This document shows positions 38,343 through 45,870 of a stretch of DNA of 45,870 nucleotides, in pieces. The stretch is from contig CAZAPD010000025.1 of assembly GCA_964487115.1 (NCBI GenBank), positions 1-45,870 of the forward strand, in the 5' to 3' direction. How positions within the stretch are numbered: the stretch's first letter is position 1; every line of letters starts with the position of its first letter. The notes beneath the pieces were generated by a model. That model saw nothing but the letters and a program-made list of their open reading frames with translations, searched no databases and was not told where the DNA came from. The position numbers and the translations under genes are program-made. This DNA comes from an uncultured Thermococci archaeon. GTDB lineage: Archaea; Methanobacteriota_B; Thermococci; Thermococcales; Thermococcaceae.

Positions 38343-40019
38343 TTAGAGAGAGGGCCTATAAAAAGGCCGGATGAAGAGTTCAAATGCCACTACTGGCATT
38401 TCAATTCCCCAGTTCTCCAGAACTTGAGGATGAATTTCTCCAATTATTCCGATCTCTCTGTTTCCCGCAAGTATTCTTCCAGCCCTACCCGGAATAAATG
38501 AACCATGGTCAACCTCTTCAATCCTGTAATGCACCCCGAGATGTCGCATCACACTGTCAAGTATTTCCTTGATCTCGGTGAATGTAACCTTCGGATGGGC
38601 AATAGCGACAGCTAATTTGCTCTCACTAACCGTCTTTGTTTCCTTGCTCTCATCTACCAGTGTTGCCTTGCCGACTTCAAATATCTTTTGAGGATACTCC
38701 TCATGGGTATTCAAGCTCAGAAATTCCATAAGGCTCGGTATGAGCCAGCTGCGCAGGGCACTCCATTTGGGACTTATCGGGTTTTCGATTTCAACAAGAT
38801 TCCCATATGGAAGATTCATTTTGGCAAACTGGGCCTCTTTATTTGTTAGATTGAATGTCATGACCTCCTGAAGACCAAATCCAATCATAAGCTCTCGGAT
38901 AGCATTTTCAAAATCAACGAACTCATCTCCCTTTCCTTGGACAACGAGTTCTGGCTCTTCGGGTTCTATAGAATTATAGCCGTATGCAATGAGAACATCC
39001 TCAAGGATGTCCCTTGAGTGCATTATGTCATCTCTAAATGCTGGATACCTCAACCTGGCCTTCCCATCAACGAGTTCAACATCATAGAACATTTTCTCAA
39101 GGAGCCCTTTAATCTCCTCATCACTCAACTCTATACCTGCAAGCTTTTTGATGTATTCAAGTTCCACTTCAAAGCTCTTTGGTGTTAAATTGGGTGTTTG
39201 AATTTCAAAGTCTTTGTAGATAACTCTAACGCTTTTTATTTTCCCTCCACGCTCTGCAAGAGCCGTGACAATAACATTTAGAGCCAACATTATTTTGTCA
39301 ATATCCCATCCAGTAATATCAACAAACACGTTCCTTGTTTCCTCTGTGACTCTACCTGTAAGCTCGGAGTTGATCACAGGTGGCATTGAGAGTACATTAC
39401 CCTCGGAGTCTACGAGAAGTGGATAATAGGGCTTATCTTTGATGAGATGTCCGTATTCTCTTCCCTTCTCATGCTTCTCAAGGATTTCATTCAGGGTTAG
39501 CTCCTCCTCAAATCCAAGAGGAACAAACTTCTCATCTTTATCGGCGGCTTTATAATAGATGGGCGGCTTCACCTTATCAAAGTCAAATATCCCTATTGCA
39601 ACCTCTCGTCTTCTCCTTCCGAATGTCAGTGCAACCTTTTCTTGAAGGTTAATCATCTGTTTCAGCACTTCCTCATCAAACCTGAGGTCTTCAACGACAG
39701 CGTAAACACCGTAAGGTCGTATATCAGCGAGCTTTTCATCAACATAGACCTCGACGCCGCTTTCTTCAATCTCATACCTTGGAAGACCACGGGCTTTTCC
39801 AATAGCCCACTTTACCTGTCTCGCTATGCCCTCTGCACTCCAGAGATCAGGCCTGTTGGTATCCTTTGAATCAGCCTTAAAATAAATCTTCCCATTGTCT
39901 TCCCACACATCATCCAGCTCGCATTTGGCATAGAGGAATAGATCTTCCCATTCTTCAACAGTGAAGGACTCTCCAACGAGTTTTTCCAGGTCATCCTTGG
40001 ACACATCAAACTTCGGCAT
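38343..40019 (-). CDS. pheT: Phenylalanyl-tRNA synthetase beta subunit
   Basis: NRPDLWSAEG, SMPPVINS, RDDIMH..D..ED..IAYGY and GEIHPQVL. Confidence 0.97.
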   Translation of the reverse strand: MPKFDVSKDDLEKLVGESFTVEEWEDLFLYAKCELDDVWEDNGKIYFKADSKDTNRPDLWSAEGIARQVKWAIGKARGLPRYEIEESGVEVYVDEKLADIRPYGVYAVVEDLRFDEEVLKQMINLQEKVALTFGRRRREVAIGIFDFDKVKPPIYYKAADKDEKFVPLGFEEELTLNEILEKHEKGREYGHLIKDKPYYPLLVDSEGNVLSMPPVINSELTGRVTEETRNVFVDITGWDIDKIMLALNVIVTALAERGGKIKSVRVIYKDFEIQTPNLTPKSFEVELEYIKKLAGIELSDEEIKGLLEKMFYDVELVDGKARLRYPAFRDDIMHSRDILEDVLIAYGYNSIEPEEPELVVQGKGDEFVDFENAIRELMIGFGLQEVMTFNLTNKEAQFAKMNLPYGNLVEIENPISPKWSALRSWLIPSLMEFLSLNTHEEYPQKIFEVGKATLVDESKETKTVSESKLAVAIAHPKVTFTEIKEILDSVMRHLGVHYRIEEVDHGSFIPGRAGRILAGNREIGIIGEIHPQVLENWGIEMPVVAFELFIRPFYRPSL

Positions 40020-40029
40020 TTATACCACC

Positions 40030-41535
40030 TCACCAGATTATCTTGGCCTCCCTGAGCCATCTCAGATCATAACTGAAGAGATAACGGATATCATCAATTC
40101 CAAGCTTAAACATAGCCAAACGGTCAATCCCAATCCCCCACGCTATCACAGGCACATCTACACCCAAAGCCCTTGTCATCTCCTCACGAAATATTCCCGC
40201 TCCCCCGAACTCAACCCAACCCAGCTCCTCATGATAGGCACTCATCTGAACACTGGGTTCTGTAAATGGATAGTAATCTGGCAGGAATTTGACCTTCTTT
40301 GCTCCTGCTATTTCAACTGCAAAGCGCTTGAGTATGCCAAGCAGGTGTTTGAAGGTCAGATTTTCTCCCACAACAAAACCATCAACCTGATTGAATTCAA
40401 TGAGGTGGGTCCTATCAAGTACATCGGGTCTGAAAACCCTCTGTATCGTAAAGTATTTGCCCGGGATCTGAACCCCTCTGGCAAGCTGTCTCCCGCTTAG
40501 TGCTGTACCATGAGCCCTCGGCATAAGCAACATGGCCCTCTCAGGACTCCATACATATCCCCAGCCCCTTGAACCTGTAATCCATCCATTTTCATGGGAC
40601 GCCTTGACCCTCTTAACAAGTTCCTTCTCAGGTAGATAACCCATCTTTGGATATTTGAGCTGATATGTGTCCGTCCATTCTCTCGCAGGATGATTCTGAG
40701 GCTGGAAGAGAGCGTCAAAGTTCCAGAACTGGGTTTCTATAAGACTATCCACGCTCATCTCTATAAAGCCCATCTCTATAAGCTTCCGTCTGATCTTATC
40801 AAGGAATGCCCTGTAAGGCTGCTTTTTGCCGGGATATATTCTCTTAACAGGAGCCTCTATGTTGAAACGTTTGAATTCGACTTCCCTCCATTTTCCAGAT
40901 TTTATAAGTTCAGGTGTCAGAAATGAGACTTCTTCTTTTATTTCCAGATCTTTTTCAGCAATTTTAAGGCCTTTATCCGTTATTTCAACCTCCCTCTCAG
41001 TTATGCTTTCTTCCTCCGCAATTTTCCTTCTCTTAAGTTCCTTGATGGACACGAGCTTTGAGATTTCACTTGTTTCAGCTTCTCCTTTTTCGCTCAGAAT
41101 CTTCAATGCTATATCGATCGGCCTCTCTTCAGCTTTCATACCTTTATCAGTTATCTCAAGAACAAGCTTCCCATCCTCTTTTTTCACCGACGCCCATCCA
41201 TCTTTTCTAAGTATTCCTACTATGGGTCTGATCTCCTCTTCGCTCAGAACTCTCCTCAAATCATCCAGCGTAATCTTCTTTCTCTCTCTAAGAACCCTGA
41301 GGGCCCTTCTTTCTGGAAGTCCAATTTTTGCATATTTCTTTCCGGTATCACTCAGCTTAACAATGTTCTTTTCTCTCTCATGAAGCTTTACGAGTCCCTT
41401 ACTCTGAAGCCAAAGAACAGCTCTCATAACAGCAACCTGATCCAGACCTGTTTCTTTAACCAGTTCCTCAAATTTTATCTTTTTCAAATCTTTGAGTTTA
41501 ATGAGAGTTACCTTCTCTTGATAGCTCAAATCCAT
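40030..41535 (-). CDS. pheS: Phenylalanyl-tRNA synthetase alpha subunit
   Basis: [25 protein letters not shown] and AWGIGIDRL, with N-terminal winged-helix extension. Confidence 0.97.
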   Translation of the reverse strand: MDLSYQEKVTLIKLKDLKKIKFEELVKETGLDQVAVMRAVLWLQSKGLVKLHEREKNIVKLSDTGKKYAKIGLPERRALRVLRERKKITLDDLRRVLSEEEIRPIVGILRKDGWASVKKEDGKLVLEITDKGMKAEERPIDIALKILSEKGEAETSEISKLVSIKELKRRKIAEEESITEREVEITDKGLKIAEKDLEIKEEVSFLTPELIKSGKWREVEFKRFNIEAPVKRIYPGKKQPYRAFLDKIRRKLIEMGFIEMSVDSLIETQFWNFDALFQPQNHPAREWTDTYQLKYPKMGYLPEKELVKRVKASHENGWITGSRGWGYVWSPERAMLLMPRAHGTALSGRQLARGVQIPGKYFTIQRVFRPDVLDRTHLIEFNQVDGFVVGENLTFKHLLGILKRFAVEIAGAKKVKFLPDYYPFTEPSVQMSAYHEELGWVEFGGAGIFREEMTRALGVDVPVIAWGIGIDRLAMFKLGIDDIRYLFSYDLRWLREAKIIW

Positions 41536-41605
41536 AAAGTCACCTCCCGGGTTGAATATGGATGGAAGTTACTTAAAAATTGCGGTTGAAAAAGAGAGGA
41601 AAACG

Positions 41606-42658
41606 TCAACCTCTCTGTGGGAAGAATACAACCTTTCCAGTCTTTCCAGCACGCATAAGTTCGAAAGCTTCCTCAAATTTATCAAAACCTTTATACCTGT
41701 GGGTCAGAATTGGTTCAAGATTCAGCTTTCCGCTTTGAATAAGTCTCGAAACTGTATACCACGTGTTCCACAGGTGCCTTCCTGTGATTCCGTAGACAGT
41801 GAGCGATTTGAAAATTATCAGGTTGTTGAAGTCAAGTGCAACATCTCTCGGAAAGAGGCCCAGCAGAGATACTCGTCCACCCGGAGTTACAGTCTGCAGA
41901 CCCTGCTCAAGAGCCTTTGGAGCACCGCTGAATTCAAGGAATACATCGACACCATTGCCCTCAGTTATGTCCCTGACTTCCTTAACAACATCCTCCTCAA
42001 AGGGATTAATTATATAATCTGCACCAACCTTTTTCGCCAGTTTGCGTCTGAATTCACTGGGTTCGCTTACTATAACAGGATAGGCACCGCTTGCCTTGGC
42101 AACTGTTATTCCCAGAAGTCCCAGCGGCCCAGCACCAGTTATTAGTGTGCTCTTACCGGCAATCGGACCAGCCAGAACAGTATCAACCGCATTTCCAAGA
42201 GGCTCCTGAAGGGAAGCATACTCAGGAGGCATTCCCCTGGGGTTCTTCCAAGCATTCTGAGCAGGAACAATGGCGTATTCTGCAAAAACCCCGTCCATGT
42301 CAACCCCGAATATCTTAGTGTTCTGGCATACGTGATAATTCCCGGTTCTGCACTGGTAACATTTGCCACAGACAATATGAGTCTCGGCGGAGATATAATC
42401 ACCAACCTGAAGACCATCTACACCCGGACCAATCTCAACGACTTCCCCAGCGACTTCATGGCCCATTATCTGCGGTGGCTTTATCCTGCTCTGGGCCCAT
42501 TCATTCCATTCGTAAATATGTAAATCAGTTCCACAAATAGTGGTTGCAAGAACCTTGATAAGAACCTCTCCCGGTCCCGGCTTTGGGATATCAACTTCAA
42601 CGAGCTCTGCTCCATATGCAGGTTTTGTTTTCATAATTGCGATCATTTTCCCATCCAT
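41606..42658 (-). CDS. tdh: L-threonine 3-dehydrogenase (Zn-dependent MDR)
   Basis: [11 protein letters not shown], structural Zn CGKCYQC...[15 protein letters not shown] and YGITGR. Confidence 0.93.
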   Translation of the reverse strand: MDGKMIAIMKTKPAYGAELVEVDIPKPGPGEVLIKVLATTICGTDLHIYEWNEWAQSRIKPPQIMGHEVAGEVVEIGPGVDGLQVGDYISAETHIVCGKCYQCRTGNYHVCQNTKIFGVDMDGVFAEYAIVPAQNAWKNPRGMPPEYASLQEPLGNAVDTVLAGPIAGKSTLITGAGPLGLLGITVAKASGAYPVIVSEPSEFRRKLAKKVGADYIINPFEEDVVKEVRDITEGNGVDVFLEFSGAPKALEQGLQTVTPGGRVSLLGLFPRDVALDFNNLIIFKSLTVYGITGRHLWNTWYTVSRLIQSGKLNLEPILTHRYKGFDKFEEAFELMRAGKTGKVVFFPQRG

Positions 42659-42785
42659 CTTTATCATCTCCATAAAACGGTTACATGAATATCTAAACGA
42701 ACATCTGATATAAATCTTTTGAACAAAGCTTTAAATACCCAAAAGACATCTCTTATAATGCAATCCCCTGTTGGTGGTGTCTGAA

Positions 42786-43019
42786 TTGGAAGGCAGAAGA
42801 TTTGAAAACAGGCAAAGAAAGAGATTCAGCCCCCAGCCCCCTGTTAAAGTTGGTGAACGGTATAGGGTTAAGATCGAAGCCATGGGGAAAGGTGGAGATG
42901 GTATAGCAAGAATTAGAGGCTTTGTTATTTTTGTTCCAAAGACCCAAATTGGAGATGAGGTCGAAATTGTTATAAATAATGTGAAACAGAAATTTGCATT
43001 CGCTGAAGTTATCGGGTAA
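42786..43019 (+). CDS. Single TRAM-domain RNA-binding protein
   Basis: PPVKVGE.Y.V.I...[21 protein letters not shown] 42786 behind SD GGTGGTG; TATA TTTAAATA near 42730. Confidence 0.9.
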   Translation: MEGRRFENRQRKRFSPQPPVKVGERYRVKIEAMGKGGDGIARIRGFVIFVPKTQIGDEVEIVINNVKQKFAFAEVIG

Positions 43020-43141
43020 CCACCTAAGGCTTTGGTTTTGATTTGTTTTTCTCTTTGGTTTATACTTTTTATCAGAAAACCTTATATTCAGTTTAGGCTA
43101 AAAATCACGTAGATAGGGAGGAGTATAGAGAGGGAGCTTAA

Positions 43142-43885
43142 ATGGCAGTTGTTGTTGTAACTGGAAGAGGTGGAGCAGGAAAAACTACCACAACAGCTAA
43201 CCTGAGTGTTTATTTTGCAAGTAGGGAATACCGGGCACTGGCTATTGATGGTGATCTCTATCTGCCAAATCTTGGATTTCACTTTGCTTTTGAAAATGTC
43301 AAATACACCCTTCACTCCCTCCTGAAGGATCCAAACATGGATCCTGAATGGGCCATATACAAGCATCCAGAAACAGGTGTTTATGTAATGCCCGGAAGTA
43401 CGAACCTTCAAGATGTTCTTGGAATTTCTCCCAAAAGGCTCCGCGATATAGTTGAAGATATGAAGTACAAATTTGGCGTCGTTTTTGTGGACTCACCCAC
43501 TGGTGTTCCTTTTGATACTCTACCAACATTTGAAGTTGCAAACTATCAGCTTATAGTTGTGGAGATAGAAAGGTCACCAATCTATTCTTTCGAAACTATG
43601 GTGAAGAATGAAGTTGAGAAATTAAAGGCCTTAGGAGAAGAATATGGGCTTAAAATTGGAGTTATACTGAATAAAATAAGGGAGTCTCAGGATGTTGTCA
43701 ATGACATAATCGAAGCTGTAGAAGAAGATTTGAAAGTTCCTGTTCTGGGGGCTATTCCCTTTGATGACAATGTTCCCACATCAATTAATGTCGGTGTCCC
43801 TGTAATTAGTTATCGTCCTAAAAGCTATGCAGGAATAGCATTTAAAGAAACTGGCCAGATTCTTGAGGAATGGATGTTCGGATGA
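43142..43885 (+). CDS. minD: MinD/ParA-family ATPase
   Basis: TGRGGAGKTT, IDGDL, VDSPTG, ILNK and IPFD. Confidence 0.82.
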   Translation: MAVVVVTGRGGAGKTTTTANLSVYFASREYRALAIDGDLYLPNLGFHFAFENVKYTLHSLLKDPNMDPEWAIYKHPETGVYVMPGSTNLQDVLGISPKRLRDIVEDMKYKFGVVFVDSPTGVPFDTLPTFEVANYQLIVVEIERSPIYSFETMVKNEVEKLKALGEEYGLKIGVILNKIRESQDVVNDIIEAVEEDLKVPVLGAIPFDDNVPTSINVGVPVISYRPKSYAGIAFKETGQILEEWMFG

Positions 43886-43897
43886 GGGGGTGTTTTT

Positions 43898-45136
43898 ATG
43901 GAGATCGAAACTGAAATTGAAGAAATTATTAAAAAAGTTGTCAGTGGTGAAATCAGGCTGTATCAAGTGGAGAAATATACTAATGGTGACAAACGTCTCG
44001 CCACTGAAATAAGACGAAAAGCCCTCGAAAGAAAATTAGGAATAAATCTTACAAATATTGGCTATTATTCAGTGGACCCAGCCCAAGTTATAGGCAAGAA
44101 TATAGAGAACATGATAGGTGTTGTCCAGATACCGATGGGAGTTGCAGGGCCGCTCAAAATCAATGGCGAATACGCCAGGGGTGAATTCTACATCCCGCTC
44201 GCCACCACTGAGGGAGCCCTCATCGCGAGCGTTAACCGCGGCTGCTCCACCCTTACCGCTTCTGGCGGCGTTAAGACAACCATAATCGATGACAAGATGA
44301 CCCGCGCGCCGCTCCTCAAGTGCCCGGACGCGAGAAAAGCCCGGGAAGTTGCAGAGTGGGTCAAGGCCAACATCGACTACCTTCAGGAGAAGGCCGTCAG
44401 CAGGGTTACCCGCCACGGAAAGCTTAGGGACGTTAAACCCTTCATAGTCGGCAACAACCTCTACCTCCGCTTCGAGTTCGAGACCGGCGATGCGATGGGA
44501 ATGAACATGGTGACCATCTCCAGCGAGGAGATAATGAAGGTTATCGAGGAGGAGTTCCCCGATGTTAAGTACCTCGCCCTCTCCGGAAACCTCTGCGTGG
44601 ACAAGAAGCCCAATGCGATGAACTTCATCAACGGGCGCGGAAAGACGGTGATAGCCGAGGCAGTAATCCCGCGCGAGATAGTCGAGAAGAAACTTAAAAC
44701 CACTCCGGAGCTCATTGCCGAGGTGAACTACAGGAAAAACCTCGTTGGCTCCGCCCAGGCAGGTTCATACGGCTTCAACGCCCACTTTGCCAACATAGTC
44801 GGTGCCATCTTCCTCGCCACAGGCCAGGACGAGGCGCAGATTACAGAGGGCTCACACGGTATAACCCTGGCTGAGGTGACCCCCGAGGGGGACCTTTACA
44901 TAAGCATCACCATGTCGAGTCTTGAGATAGGCACGGTTGGAGGGGGAACGCGCGTCCCAACGCAGAGGGAGGCGCTGAGCATAATGGGCGTTGCCGGCGG
45001 CGGAGAACCGGCAGGAACGAACGCCAAGAAGTTCGCCGAGATCGTTGCGGGAGCCGTCTTGGCCGGAGAGCTCTCGCTCCTCGCGGCTATAGCTGCGAAG
45101 CACCTCGCCAAGGCCCACAGGGAGCTTGGGCGTTAA
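43898..45136 (+). CDS. hmgA: HMG-CoA reductase (class I, NADPH)
   Basis: ENMIG, PLATTEGAL, TGDAMGMNM, GTVGGGT and AH..LGR. Confidence 0.97.
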   Translation: MEIETEIEEIIKKVVSGEIRLYQVEKYTNGDKRLATEIRRKALERKLGINLTNIGYYSVDPAQVIGKNIENMIGVVQIPMGVAGPLKINGEYARGEFYIPLATTEGALIASVNRGCSTLTASGGVKTTIIDDKMTRAPLLKCPDARKAREVAEWVKANIDYLQEKAVSRVTRHGKLRDVKPFIVGNNLYLRFEFETGDAMGMNMVTISSEEIMKVIEEEFPDVKYLALSGNLCVDKKPNAMNFINGRGKTVIAEAVIPREIVEKKLKTTPELIAEVNYRKNLVGSAQAGSYGFNAHFANIVGAIFLATGQDEAQITEGSHGITLAEVTPEGDLYISITMSSLEIGTVGGGTRVPTQREALSIMGVAGGGEPAGTNAKKFAEIVAGAVLAGELSLLAAIAAKHLAKAHRELGR

Positions 45137-45716
45137 AGATTCTTTACCTCCACCAGCCCCTTCTTTTCTGAAGCTTTGTAAACCTTTCTCACGGTTTTTT
45201 CATTAAGCTCGCTTATGAATGTTCTCGTTTTGATGTTCCTCGGTCCAAAGAGGTATTCCACCGATGCCACGACCGCACCCAGGATGAGGGCACTCCAGAG
45301 CCCAAGATGCAGGTAATCTTCAAGGGATATGAGAATTACAGAGGCCACGATGTCTATAAGAAAGCGCCACTTCCTGCCTTTTCCCCTCACACCCTTTCCC
45401 GATATTTCCTCGATCCTTCCCTCGGCCAGCGCCTCGAAAAAATCTCTTAAACCCTTTGTTGGCACAACGAAAACCCTTGGGAGTAAACCGTTGATTAGAA
45501 CGAGCTTCTCCCCTAATGGAAGGACGAATACGTAGCGATTTTCACCCTTCAGGTCAATCACAAGCAACCCTGACCCTTCCCCGGAGACTCAAGGATGGAA
45601 AAGCTATCCGGAACGGGGTTCTTGAAGTCAAGGGCTGAGGGAAAGGCCGTCCTAATCTTCTCAGGCCGGACGTTCAGCCTGTAGTAAAAGATGAGAATCG
45701 AGTTTATGAACTTCAT
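45133..45716 (-). pseudogene. Hypothetical membrane protein interrupted by a 1-nt frameshift near 45588
   Basis: ATG 45716 frame reads MKFINSILIFYY...DSFSILE and stops at TGA near 45558. The ORF ending at 45133 is open from VSGEGSGLLVIDL. One extra G (GAG-GTC) fuses them into ~194 aa. Confidence 0.6.
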
Positions 45717-45801
45717 CAAGAAGAAAACCACTTCAGGCTTTAAATGGATTTCGCCGTTGGAGGGTAAAACAGATTTTTAAAGGGAATCCACTAAGGTTCC
45801 G

Positions 45802-45859
45802 GGGGATGATGACCATTTCCCTCACTCTGATGGGTGACGAGGAGCCGATGCTCTGACCC
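45802..45859 (+). ncRNA. C/D-box methylation guide sRNA (resembles Pyrococcus sR2 as recalled)
   Basis: Box C ATGATGA 45806-45812, D' CTGA 45827-45830, C' GTGACGA 45834-45840, D CTGA 45853-45856; terminal GGG/CCC stem; upstream TTTTTAAA TATA near 45774. Confidence 0.92.
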
Positions 45860-45870
45860 TTTAACCCTTC

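Noticed and set aside
39961..42145. Long + strand ORFs (179, 185 and 197 aa) opposite pheS and tdh
   Set aside because: Antisense shadows of conserved genes with no SD, promoter or protein motifs.
43898..45136. Engineered simvastatin-resistance hmgA cassette
   Set aside because: The gene sits 12 nt after minD with no inserted promoter or vector sequence, and the compositional switch is inside the ORF rather than at its ends.

Overview
Archaeal chromosome segment from a Thermococcales member (Thermococcus-like proteins, GGTGA/GGAGGTG Shine-Dalgarno sites, BRE/TATA promoters). It holds about 43 mostly housekeeping CDSs (NOG1 GTPase, uppP, glmU-like, map, trkH, TET peptidase, hjc, uppS, TIP26, thrS, csl4-rpoL, sppA, AGOG, a lysC-thrB-thrC-asd operon, an ABC exporter, ubiD, an XPB-like helicase, truA, pheT/pheS, tdh, TRAM, minD, hmgA), tRNA-Ser(CGA), a C/D-box guide sRNA and a frameshifted gene. 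No integrase, transposase or CRISPR array is visible. Main leads: (1) the interior is AT-rich while both ends are GC-rich, with an abrupt codon-usage switch inside hmgA (about 36% to 61% GC by hand count), suggesting a ~43 kb core-gene block replaced by homologous recombination from a low-GC relative, or a chimeric assembly; (2) a 4xCBS + HPF/RaiA-like fusion, a candidate nucleotide-sensing ribosome hibernation factor; (3) a small uncharacterised gene beside tRNA-Ser with a perfect 14-bp palindrome, a promoter and a leader with two interleaved helices plus a uORF; (4) a 37-aa small ORF with its own promoter and perfect SD; (5) a UppP with Gln at both motif-I acidic positions. Several start codons were moved from the ORF track to SD-supported positions. 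All family assignments are from motif recognition, not database searches.
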